Below, one piece after another: positions 20,201 to 30,100 of a stretch of 64,000 nt of DNA. The notes beneath the pieces are model-generated. The model was not told the origin of the DNA. It saw nothing but the letters and a program-made list of their open reading frames with translations, and did not search any database. Position 1 is the first letter of the stretch; each line of letters starts with the position of its first letter. The stretch is from Candidatus Iainarchaeum sp. GTDB lineage: Archaea; Iainarchaeota; Iainarchaeia; Iainarchaeales; DTGL01. A program made the translations under genes and the position numbers. The stretch lies in NCBI GenBank assembly GCA_026413945.1, contig JAOAJX010000006.1, positions 20,519-84,518 on the forward strand, given 5' to 3'.

Positions 20201-23200
20201 TTTCCCAATAGTAATTTCAGCAGAAAAGTTACTTTCAATAGAACCACAATTAGAAATAATGCTAAATAAGGGCGAGAAACAAAGAAGCGCAAAGCTGAAG
20301 CTTACAAATGGCTCATTTGATGTTATAGATAAGCTTGGTTATGAAGTAAAAGGCCTAAGCGGGGATACAAGCGATTTTAACATCATAGTTGCTCTGCCTC
20401 CAAAAATAGATGTCAGCAGAACCATTGATATTGAAGTGGTTGCCATATATAAAGGAGATGTTGAGAAAAGAGCATATGCTGAATTTGAACTTATTGTTAG
20501 TGGATCTGAAAACCCAGTAGTAACTGCAAAAAGCAAAATAAAGGTTTCATACAATAAAGAGATTCCACCAGAGTGCATTGAGATTGACAAAAGTGAGGCT
20601 GAGATGCATTTCTCAGGAATTGCTGGCTCAGCTGAAGTCTTGCCTTTGACAATAACATACAAAAATGAAGCCTTTTGCAATAAGCCGCTTACATTCACGC
20701 CCAAGATGAAAAGCGATGATGATAAGCTTGTGCTAAGTGCACAGCCCTTCACCATAGTGCCTGGTGAAAATAAGACTATTGAGCTGAAAATAACAAACAA
20801 TGCAGAAAGAGTGGGTGTGTTTGAGCAAAAAGTAGAAGCTACGGTATTCCTAGAAGCACCCGAGGTTACGAAAAGCATTAGCTTGGGGATATTATTTACA
20901 GATCCTGCTTATGCGCTCCAGACGAATGATAACATACCGATATTCATGAGTTTTGATGTTGCAAAAGGCAGCTTTAGCGGAACAGCACCTTTGTTTGCGA
21001 AGAACTTTGGCAAAAAGGTTATTGAAAATATAAGGTGGAGCGTTAAGCCACCACAGCAGATTGAAATTTATATAACTTCTACAACCGGCAGTGGTAGTGG
21101 ACAGCCACAGAACATTCCCAACCAGCAAATGCCTGGAATGCAAAATTTCATGCAAGCACCAAACACGCCTTACATACAAGGAAACCCTTCAATGGCCGGA
21201 ACCCAGTTTGCTGTAACCCTTGCTCCAGGCGAAGAAATGGAACCAAAAACAGTATTGGCAACAAGCACTGCAGCTAACCTCACAAGAGGGCCTCACAAGG
21301 GCGAGATAATACTGACTGGAACTGTCGATGGCAAGCAGTTCCAAAAAGTAGTTTCGATATGGGTATTTGTTTCAACAGCACAATGCATAAAAGTTGCCCC
21401 AGCTGATGAGCTTTACTTCTCAAGTGAGGATTCATCTCAGGGTGTAATAGCAAAGAAGATAACAATAAAGAACGAATGCGGAGAAGTAGCCAGGAACTTT
21501 ATCCTAAAGCCCCAAAACCTTGGAAACAACACTTTGAGCATAACACTTCTTGGCAATAAGGACTTTTTGTATCCTGATGAAAGTGCACAAGCACAAATAG
21601 TTCTTACAAAGCGCGGTGATTACTTCAATGCTCAAAGGCCTGATAACATAATTGTTAGTGTTTTCCTAGTAAATAGCCAGAAATTTGTTGATTCTAATCC
21701 CTTGCCTGTGCTTATTGAAGTAGGAAAGAAGCCAGATGTATCTGCTGGTCCAGTTTATAAAGAAGTGCAAATACCTGTTTGCGGCGAAACATCTTCAGTT
21801 AAAAAATCAGTCCAGTTCCCTGTAATGAGTGCAGATATTGGCTGTGATTCTGGCTACTGCGACGCAGTGCAGCTTTCTGGCTATATTGTGGAGCGCATAA
21901 AAGGTGTGATGCAAAAAGTTGACAAAGTGCTGCAGCAAAACGATTTGGTGAGCAGCTATGCTATGTGCAGCCAGTTGGAAGGCTTCTGCAGCTTTTCTGC
22001 AATGGGCATAGTGCCTGAAGTTTACACAGTTTATATGAGAAATGATTCTTTTGGAAAAGAAGTTCTGCAAAGAAGGGTTGAAAGCTCAAAGGAGTTTGCA
22101 ACATTTGTAACAGAATATTTCCAAGGCGATGTTAGTGAGATAGTAAAGAGCGCAACTGGTTTCACAACAAGCAAAATATTCATGACAAAGCCTCTTGTTG
22201 GCTGCGGTCGCTATAAGATATCAATACAAGGCGCTGTGCAGAATATTCAAGGGCGTTTGTCAAGAGAAAACTACTTTATACTTGTAAAAATTGTTGAAGA
22301 TAGGAAAGTTACGCCTGAGTGCATGATGCGTATCCAAAACATTGCAAATTTCTTACCATTAGATCGTGGGCTTGCTGCTGACAAACATTATAATACCTGG
22401 CTCGGAACAACCGAGGGTTTGGATGCCACACGTAAAGCAGCTGAGCTTTTTGCACAAAAGCTTTTTGATGATAAGAGCAGAGTTAATGTTGCATATCACA
22501 CGAATAAGCTTAAAGTTATTCTCGGTGAAATACCTGAAAGCGGCATTGCAAAGATTTCAATGAACCAGGTATCGCAACAGCAGGCACAGCCTGCAACCCT
22601 TGGCGTTACAATAAATAAGCTTTATGTTACGCTTGACGAAAAGATGCAGGATGAAATGATTGCAAAAGCATCTGAAGCGCTTAAGCAACTCATGGAGGGC
22701 TCATTTACTGTTGAGGGCTGCATAACAAAGGATGACTCTGCACTTGTAATATCAAAGCTCGAGCACACCGGCGACCTTGACATTGAGAAAGCATCAGACA
22801 CAATTGAACTTTACTATAGTATGCCTATGTGCGTTGATATGAACGTAGTTAGCACAGTTCTTGAGCCGGTGGTGCTAAAAACAAGCTTTGCTTCGATGAA
22901 AGACAATGAAAAAGCAGGTATTCAGGATGTTTGGATTGAAGTCGATGGCAAGAGAATTTCAGAGTACTCTGAAAGGCAGGAGGGGACGCCAATCACACTT
23001 GAAAAAGAGGGTGGAGAAGAAAGCAAAAAGTTTAAGAAAAGCTTTAAACTATGCGTAAAGGCAAATGATGCTTACTTTGAGCTTGCTGCAGGCAAGAAGA
23101 TTGGTGTGAAAGCCAGAAGCGTTATATTTGCAACTAAGGAGATGCGCTCATGGAAGGAAGTAACACTTGAGCTTTGTGGGATACACCCATATAAGCTAAT

Positions 23201-25310
23201 TCAAAAGATGTCTAATGAAAAAGTAGAGCCTGGCAAAAGCAAGGTTTTTTATGCAACGGTTGGCTGGAAAGGCGAGCCAAATGAGATTGACTTTGCTGCT
23301 ACAACTAGGGGTTTGACTGCAAGCGATCGCTTGAAAAGAGCACAAGAGCTCATGGAAGATGTTGGCAAAGGCGGCCGCATTGATGATTCGCCAATAGGCC
23401 AGAAAATATTGGGCCTGAAAAGGCAGGGTTATGGGCTTTATTTCGGTGCTTGCTTAGCCGTATCTTTCATCTGCCATGTAGTTACAGGTTTAGATCCTCT
23501 TGGCATTAGGGCTCTAATAAATGCCATGATCGACTGTTTGCCTGCAACAATAGGGGGGCTTTTTGGCACTACAAAAGCGGGGCAGGGGTTCCAAAAAGCT
23601 TTAAACGATGCTTGGGAAAAGGTTAAATCAAATCTTAGATGGTTCTATGCGCCATGGAGCAGCGGAAAGGCAACTCCAAATACAGAAGCGGGGCTTTATG
23701 GGCAAGCAATGGATGAATTCTGGGATAATGCAGTGCCTGCTGCAATATTGGGCTTTGAGGCAGATTGGCTTGCAACAGAATTGCGCTCTTATGTTTACTC
23801 AAGAGGTTGGGCAAACAAGACAATAGGTAGCACCGAAGCCATAGATACAATTGCTGAACAGATGGCAAAAGATGCAACACAAAAGTTTACCTCAAAGTAT
23901 CTAAAAGGTGTTACGACGGCAGCATCGGATGATTTTATTAATGCTTTTACCCCTCAGTTACAGAGTTCATTACAAGAAAGCATTTCAAGCACATTAAGAA
24001 AAAACAGCAGCATGACATTTGGAAAACTTATTCAAGATAAAGCGGTTATGCAAAGCATGTGGCAAAAGGCAACGTCGGATGAGAAAATAAAAACGCTTGT
24101 TTACAGCAAAGGGTTTGGCCGCGGAGCAGAAATAGAAAAACTTATTAGCAGCCACGCTGAAGATTTCCTTAGAAAAAGCGTTGATCCTAAAGATATAAAA
24201 GAAATTTTTGGCTCAAGCTCTGTCAGCCAAGAAGATCTCGCAAAGGCAATTGTAGATCAGATAGATAGCGCTGGATACAAAACATATGGAGTTAGGTTAA
24301 CAAAGGATGTGCGAAAAGGTCTAATTAGTTCAGCAAAAAAGGGTATTAGCAAGGGTCATATTTATGCAGATAGTATAGAGGGACAAGTGAATAATGCCTT
24401 AAAACACATACATATGGATAGAAGTAATGAGCTCATGCAAATTTATGGGCAAAATGTACTTGACAATCTTGATGATGTAATGGCCCAACCAAAGCAGCCC
24501 GGGGCTTTTAAGAGAATGATTGAGGCAATGAAAACAAGGAGCTTTTGGGCACGCTTGGCAAAAAGCATTGCCTGTGGCGCTGTTTCAAATGCTGCAGGAT
24601 ATGCTGCTTATTCAAGCCATGTAAAAGGCGGGATTGAAGAACTTATGGACAAGGGGTATATTCCAGAGGCGGGAGTCAGCGTTGGAGATCCTTCAAAGCT
24701 TATCAGCGGCTACACAGGCCCTAAACTTATGAAAAATAGGACTTACAAGATAACAATAAGCAAGGATGATTACGGAAACATAAGCTACAATCTTGAGCTT
24801 GTGGATACAGAAAAAGAAATAGAAGAAATGCGCGCTGCCATAAGCAAAAACCCTTCTGCACTGTGGCGCGAAGATTGTAAAGAGTACCGTGAAAAAGGCC
24901 TTTCTGAAATGGTCGGTTGCTTGGCACCAAAAACAGGTGATTACATAAAGCCAGAAGAGGTTGTCGCTTACTACAAAAACAGCGGCTTTATAAGGGAAGC
25001 TTCAATACAATTCAATGTGCACGAAGCGCTGATAATGGCTGCGCTTACAACAAGATTTGAAAACTTCGAGCCGTGCCCTGTAAACCAGAAATGGTACGAA
25101 GGCGAAGACAGTGAAAGAAAGCTCACCATAAAATGCGTAGCAATGCACATAAGTGAGAAGCTTGCAGCAAATCAGGATAATATAAGGTCTGCATTTGAAG
25201 TCCTTAGCAAAGAAAGGTCTGCTGATAAAGCAAGAGCCTACGCGATGGATGTCGAAGCTAAATACAGGATGTGGAAAACATACGACACATGCAAAGGAGA
25301 AGGGGGCTAA
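17232..25310 (+). CDS. Giant membrane-anchored surface protein A (2692 aa), carboxypeptidase-regulatory-like/Ig repeats, conserved core, C-terminal helical and SLT-like extension
   Basis: N-terminal signal anchor, repeated VxxxD..G.P....V / A.K.GY beta modules, and core motifs KWLELYF, RDPADSVLG, LYAET, GYCDAVQ. Confidence 0.85.
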   Translation: MLTDKLGSIYAGIEEKWFELLKALQEKGIPAYSYAEFLESRGIPSLPFTIAIIILLLVILFSFSFGGAYTDVSLTVTIRDDQGQSLSDVKLELYNDDGQTLKSETVQSGYKIELKRVKIGSTITASASKSGYRSASAEKEINSKTATISITLKREARLVSAKVRLIDELTSTLIRDARCEVSFDKNTLGITRDYDGLFLVNVPQKTDVVLKCTANGYEDLQEAMRFDDGEIKVVKLKPKSVDVNLSTLLISVYDEETKQLIKGTSIRIINSSTGVTITDINSQSGDYTEKIKINTQVRIIVEKAGYMSYVEDFTIRTAEVVKKIYLKKGGAQLIVNVTSKDGIVQVNADVSLFDSNFQLVSAKKTAVLGNAAFDGIDPNRDYYFNAFKEGFLPAYGRISAGTKSLDIKLEKPTAQNSALVKITVRNSSGNITNNAALKYYRIINAFKIPLGIPVRKTGLTGTIIETLPEGTFLIAAETEVEYGEKEITVMAGIDQQVDINMSRKPNFVELRLIDGNGMPLKGEVIVKSKSGKTLFAGNVNGGAIFDSEMNESFLVSVKTPDGKTFEQEVRVGANNVAEVRLGADKKELTDGVKPIIEFAGVFDSGGKSIEGVTAGEFAWLRFNVSFPQGEKTGIHIRVGPDSIASADAQEIGIFGFDGNASSFVYGKSYQAPLGEQKDLASKGAANERNKWLELYFNKAPSQTAVSIKVKTDNISREKDFEVHYRAWSEIGTKVFRDPADSVLGNEKTSNAKQALYAETKIARVKVFEGKASCSEELCIALALIDSNNVKVKEDGFSAVEGQTYALEISVNSGKKMSAEIVVRSENSNVLLSELTEDVLSFSPKGEFSKTELRGSLKLEANSSKIVRAYFKGKSAGTATLEALVRSGDLNANKKISFNVTGSKEMLAEIYKKGEIKAGEKLRVTLRDSETKDPITNAFVSITREGEVLLSTTGNNTNENGANGIYVLGIDKLSPGKYVLTAKAVGYKDASFPIVISAEKLLSIEPQLEIMLNKGEKQRSAKLKLTNGSFDVIDKLGYEVKGLSGDTSDFNIIVALPPKIDVSRTIDIEVVAIYKGDVEKRAYAEFELIVSGSENPVVTAKSKIKVSYNKEIPPECIEIDKSEAEMHFSGIAGSAEVLPLTITYKNEAFCNKPLTFTPKMKSDDDKLVLSAQPFTIVPGENKTIELKITNNAERVGVFEQKVEATVFLEAPEVTKSISLGILFTDPAYALQTNDNIPIFMSFDVAKGSFSGTAPLFAKNFGKKVIENIRWSVKPPQQIEIYITSTTGSGSGQPQNIPNQQMPGMQNFMQAPNTPYIQGNPSMAGTQFAVTLAPGEEMEPKTVLATSTAANLTRGPHKGEIILTGTVDGKQFQKVVSIWVFVSTAQCIKVAPADELYFSSEDSSQGVIAKKITIKNECGEVARNFILKPQNLGNNTLSITLLGNKDFLYPDESAQAQIVLTKRGDYFNAQRPDNIIVSVFLVNSQKFVDSNPLPVLIEVGKKPDVSAGPVYKEVQIPVCGETSSVKKSVQFPVMSADIGCDSGYCDAVQLSGYIVERIKGVMQKVDKVLQQNDLVSSYAMCSQLEGFCSFSAMGIVPEVYTVYMRNDSFGKEVLQRRVESSKEFATFVTEYFQGDVSEIVKSATGFTTSKIFMTKPLVGCGRYKISIQGAVQNIQGRLSRENYFILVKIVEDRKVTPECMMRIQNIANFLPLDRGLAADKHYNTWLGTTEGLDATRKAAELFAQKLFDDKSRVNVAYHTNKLKVILGEIPESGIAKISMNQVSQQQAQPATLGVTINKLYVTLDEKMQDEMIAKASEALKQLMEGSFTVEGCITKDDSALVISKLEHTGDLDIEKASDTIELYYSMPMCVDMNVVSTVLEPVVLKTSFASMKDNEKAGIQDVWIEVDGKRISEYSERQEGTPITLEKEGGEESKKFKKSFKLCVKANDAYFELAAGKKIGVKARSVIFATKEMRSWKEVTLELCGIHPYKLIQKMSNEKVEPGKSKVFYATVGWKGEPNEIDFAATTRGLTASDRLKRAQELMEDVGKGGRIDDSPIGQKILGLKRQGYGLYFGACLAVSFICHVVTGLDPLGIRALINAMIDCLPATIGGLFGTTKAGQGFQKALNDAWEKVKSNLRWFYAPWSSGKATPNTEAGLYGQAMDEFWDNAVPAAILGFEADWLATELRSYVYSRGWANKTIGSTEAIDTIAEQMAKDATQKFTSKYLKGVTTAASDDFINAFTPQLQSSLQESISSTLRKNSSMTFGKLIQDKAVMQSMWQKATSDEKIKTLVYSKGFGRGAEIEKLISSHAEDFLRKSVDPKDIKEIFGSSSVSQEDLAKAIVDQIDSAGYKTYGVRLTKDVRKGLISSAKKGISKGHIYADSIEGQVNNALKHIHMDRSNELMQIYGQNVLDNLDDVMAQPKQPGAFKRMIEAMKTRSFWARLAKSIACGAVSNAAGYAAYSSHVKGGIEELMDKGYIPEAGVSVGDPSKLISGYTGPKLMKNRTYKITISKDDYGNISYNLELVDTEKEIEEMRAAISKNPSALWREDCKEYREKGLSEMVGCLAPKTGDYIKPEEVVAYYKNSGFIREASIQFNVHEALIMAALTTRFENFEPCPVNQKWYEGEDSERKLTIKCVAMHISEKLAANQDNIRSAFEVLSKERSADKARAYAMDVEAKYRMWKTYDTCKGEGG

Positions 25311-25315
25311 TTTAA

Positions 25316-27007
25316 GTGAAAGTCCGTGGTTTTAATCTGTTTACAGCACTACTCGCAATGATAATTGTCGTAACAAGCTCCATGCTTGTGCTAATAATGA
25401 TACAAAATGAAAGAAACGCGAACACCATTGTCGAAAATGCAACAAGTGATGCTAGGCTTGAAGCGGTTATAAGGACAATGCGCACAGATGTGCTCAATTC
25501 TTTCAACCATTATGTTAGGGAAGAAATAGAGTACTACACAAGCATGAATCCCATTCCAATAGAAGATCTCTCTGTTTGGGAGGATTGGGATACACTCATA
25601 AGGTATTTTATACACGGTTACTTTGGACGTAGTGGTTCACCCATGTTTGCATCACAGATAGCAAACAGCATGCCAGAAATGATAAGAAGCTACCGCGAAA
25701 CCCTAACTTATGAAGCACGTTACAAAGTTGAAGTTGTCGGCGACGATGAAAAGTTAAAGGATGCAATACTTGAGCTAATACTTGTATCAGCAGAAGAAGA
25801 TGATTTCATTGAGGTAATTCAATGTGATGGCACACCGCAGGGCTGCCCCATTGGAAGCTTTTATATTAATCTTAGAATAACAAAGCTGAGCAATGAAAAA
25901 TATGAAAGCTTGCCAAGGATTGTGGTGCAAGACCTTGTAACAAAAAAAGAGATTAGGGAAATAATACTTCCAAAGGCAGACCTAAAGATGTATGTCCCAT
26001 CACGGCTTTTTAAGGCAATGGCTTATACGAGATATTTTATGCATACTGACTTAACTAATGTAAATTCTTCTAATGATTATGGTTATTTATCTCCAAGAAT
26101 ACACAATGAGATTGATTCAATGGCTTTAGGCATCTGTGACTATGGATTTTGCAAACCTCGGGAAAATCCATACTTTCCACCAACTGCAAGGTTTATTGAG
26201 GACAAAGGATGTCCCAATAGCGGCAGAAATCAGTTAGATAAAGTAATTGGGAATTTTAGAGGCCATTCTTTTGTCTATAACCCATCAGATGGTGCTGATT
26301 TAAGAGAATCTCTTGAGAAGCTTGTAAAGATGCGCATATGCGATCTTTCTGCAAAGCATGTTGCACCTTTAAGCACAGATAAATTCACAGTTGCGAAGGG
26401 GCCTTCTGTGGAAGGCGTTGATTGCTATGTTACGTTTGATAGGGTTTCAGCAACTGCTACATCTGCGAAAAAAGTAGAATATTCTTTGCCGGGCCTTACT
26501 TTACCAGGCATAATGCCACCCCAAGAGCCAAACAATCCAAGTGCATGTCCCTTCAATTTCAACTTACCACAAAACCGAAATTTGGGGTACTACATAGAAG
26601 GAAGCAAAATTAAGTGGCCGTCAGAGAAAACAATTAGCGTCCATCAAGACGTTTGTAGTGCACTTTTAGCTACTGTGCCAGGCCTTGAACAAAAGCTAAG
26701 GTTTTGTGGTGTTCAAAATTGGAGTTGTTGTGCAGAGATTGCTGAAGCTACCTTTGTAGTTACTTTTATAGAAGGCGATGCAAACTATAAGGTAAACAAG
26801 AACAGGAATGTGAGATTTATGTTCCAGATTCCTGACATGAGCTACACGCCATTTAATCCAAATTACACTTCTGGATCAGTGCTTGGAACGCTTGGTTGTG
26901 CTTTAGAGCATCAGCCGAGATTACAAAGCTGCAACCCAGATCAATGGACTTGCCAAACATATGAGTATCAGGGCAATGTATATGGCTGCTATCCAAAAGT
27001 GCCATAA
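25316..27007 (+). CDS. Large Cys-rich pilin-like protein with class III signal peptide (563 aa)
   Basis: GTG start, MKVRG|FNLFTALLAMIIVVTSSMLVLIM, many Cys residues in the C-terminal two thirds. Confidence 0.75.
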   Translation: MKVRGFNLFTALLAMIIVVTSSMLVLIMIQNERNANTIVENATSDARLEAVIRTMRTDVLNSFNHYVREEIEYYTSMNPIPIEDLSVWEDWDTLIRYFIHGYFGRSGSPMFASQIANSMPEMIRSYRETLTYEARYKVEVVGDDEKLKDAILELILVSAEEDDFIEVIQCDGTPQGCPIGSFYINLRITKLSNEKYESLPRIVVQDLVTKKEIREIILPKADLKMYVPSRLFKAMAYTRYFMHTDLTNVNSSNDYGYLSPRIHNEIDSMALGICDYGFCKPRENPYFPPTARFIEDKGCPNSGRNQLDKVIGNFRGHSFVYNPSDGADLRESLEKLVKMRICDLSAKHVAPLSTDKFTVAKGPSVEGVDCYVTFDRVSATATSAKKVEYSLPGLTLPGIMPPQEPNNPSACPFNFNLPQNRNLGYYIEGSKIKWPSEKTISVHQDVCSALLATVPGLEQKLRFCGVQNWSCCAEIAEATFVVTFIEGDANYKVNKNRNVRFMFQIPDMSYTPFNPNYTSGSVLGTLGCALEHQPRLQSCNPDQWTCQTYEYQGNVYGCYPKVP

Positions 27008-27117
27008 ACAGAATATTAAAGGACATTTTAATGCATTTAAATTAAAGATAAGATTAATAAATCACAAATAACTATATAGATACCAAAAAAGCCATTAAAG
27101 ATAGGCGGTTGGTTTAA

Positions 27118-30100
27118 ATGCCATTTACTGAAGCGCTCAAGGAAAAGTGGGAGAATTTTAAGTTTTGGCTTGAGGAACACAACATCCCAATACCTTTATT
27201 TTTTATATTAGTTATTTTAGCGATAGTTGCGCTTGCGTATTTTTTAATAACCATGTTTTTACCTACAGAAGAAGTATATTATTCTCTTAAAATAACTGTT
27301 TTGGATAGGCAAAATCAGCCCATAAGCAACGCTACTGTCACAATTAAAAGCGAGTTTTTTAAGGAAAAGACAGAGAAAACAGATTCTAGGGGCAGAGCAT
27401 CTTTTGAACTGCCAGCAAAGAAAGAATTTACAGCAATAGCAACCTATCAAGAGAAATCTGCTTCGCTAAAAATGTCTCTTGAAAGTGACAGGGAAGAAAA
27501 AATTGTGCTTCCAATTGAAATCGTTACTTATGCTGATAAAAAAGTAATATTTTACAAAGGTGAAACTTCTGAGAAGGCAACCGAGATAAAAGATTTTTCA
27601 GCATATTGCTCAAAAGCTGAGTGGAACAAAAACCTTTTGGCTTCTGGCGGTGAGGCCACTCTTGAAAAAATACCAAGTGACTGCGGAACATTAACATTGC
27701 GCATCGGAAGTGAGATATATACAACAACAGACGTAAGTGCAAGGCCTTTTGAGGTCAGGGTTAAAAGCATTGCAACCAAAGGCAGCATTCTTGCAATAAT
27801 AAAAAGCTTAGAAACTGGGCTTGCTGTAGGTGCTGGTGAAGTAAGTGTTTCCCTAATCAATGAATTTGGAATTACTATAGAGGGCCCTCTACCAAGTAGT
27901 GCCGCTGGCTCTGTTACTTTTACTGATATTGAACCTGGCAAGTATGCTGTAAGCGTCTCTGGGGCTGGAAAATATAAAAGCACAACAAGTGAATACAAAG
28001 AACTAAAGGGCGCGGGACAAGTAATATTTGATGTCAGTTTACAGCCTGCTGAAAAGGTTTATAACATAAAAGTGCGAGTATCTGACACAAAAAGCCAACC
28101 AGTAAAGGCAATGCTCGAACTCAGAGATCTTTCAAACAATATCATAGTGCAAAGCAGATATGCTGATGACAAAGGCGAATACACATTCAAAGTTGATGAG
28201 AACAAAAGCTATAACCTTATAGTGAAAGTCGGCGAATGGGTTGAAAATTTCAATGTGAGGCCTAGCGAATCTTTTTACGATATAACATATGATGAATCAA
28301 AGCTCAGTAAATGCGCAACATTATTTGTTTATGTGAAAGACTCTGAAGAAAAGGCACTTGAAAAAGCAAAAGTGGAAATCTTCAAAAAGAGCAATGAATC
28401 TGCTGGTCTACAATGCTCTACAGGTGCAGACGGCAAATGTGAATTTTACAACCTGCCAGAGGGCCTTTACTATGCCAAAGCATCTTTTGCAAATTATCCG
28501 CCTGTGCAAAGCGGAATTTTTGAGGCAAAAGCAAACATGCAGAAGCCGATTGAAGTTGTAATTAAAATAGAGATTCCTAAAGCTCAATTCGAGTTTGTTG
28601 TTTATGGAGAAAACGATGAAAGATTGCAATCAGTAAACATAACTGCTTATGACTCTGCCTCAAGCAATATTCTGGGAGAAAGTAAAACTGATACAAACGG
28701 GGTTGGTAAAATTTCAGTTCTTGCAGGCCTGAAGCCATACTTTGTTATAGACGCAGAAGATAGTGATTACCTACCTTATATAACAATGCCAATGAGCGCA
28801 ATTTTCGGCATTAAAACAACTAGGGAGATAAGATTAGTAAGAGGAAAAACACTGAAAATAATTTTTGACGGCCTTAAATCGCAAGATGGTAATGCGGAAA
28901 AAACACTAAGTGCTGGTAGTGCCTATAATGCAAAATTCAGACTGATTGTACCAAATAAAGGTTATACTAGTGCGGGCATTTTTGTTATTTCCGGCAATGA
29001 CATTTCTGGTAAAACAAACTTGATGGAAGAAGACACAACCTATCTCGGTGGCATAAAAACCTCTGCAACGAGAATCTCGCGCGGAACCTCTTATACGCCA
29101 CCGACAGGAACAGCCACAGACCTTGAAAGTGCTACAAATGAAAATGCTAAATGGGTTGAGATGGAATGGTCACTATCAAGGTTGGGCGTAAGTGGTGGTG
29201 TGTTTGAGGCAGAGGTTGAGTATTTTGTAAAGGAAGGAATTTCTGCTGGTGAGTTAGCAAAGATTGGTTATAGAGGATATGCGCAAGCAGATAGTGTAGA
29301 CAGAGATCCTAAAGACAATATCTTGGGAAATAAGAAAAATTCACCTGAAAAGCATGCACTGTATGCTGCAACATATAGCTTAGTTTATTCAGTGGGCGAA
29401 ACAAACCTTTGTGATGGCAAGTTCTGCAAGAGCTTTTCCATAGAAGATATTCAAAGAAGAACCAAAAGCTTTGTAACAGATACCTATTCTGCACAGCTTA
29501 ATAGCAACTACCGCCTTAGCTTTGTGATTAATAGGCAGGCCGGATCTTCAGGCAATGCAACACTTAGAATATTTGATGAGCAGCGCGCATTTAGCTATGG
29601 TAAATATGAGGTTATAATCCCTGATGGTTCTGAACAAAAAGGAACTGCGGAAAAGGAGCTATTGGTAAATTTGGGCTCATTTAGGCAAAATTCATCAGTA
29701 TCGGGAACGCTGCAGTTTTCTACTTTGAAGGAAGGGGATATTCCTTTAAAAATTCTTATAGAAGACGCATCTGGAATTGTATTTGAGCATGTGATAACAA
29801 TAAAGGTAGCGCCTGCAAGAGAACTTTCTTTAGATGTTGTGCCAAAAATACTTATAGCTTTGGTAGATAATGAGGTGCTCTTTAGGTTTACAGATAAAAA
29901 TACTGGTGAACCAGAAAGCAATGTTTCAGTTACGCTTTATCTCGATGATAAGATCATTGCTTCGGGAATTACAGATTACGATGGAGTTTTACCATACAAA
30001 ATTGAATCACCCTCTGCTGGCTCTGTTTTAAAAGTCGTTGGTAGAAAGACCGGCTTTAGAAAGTTGGTTCAGGAAATCAAAATAGAATCTAGCGCTTTAA

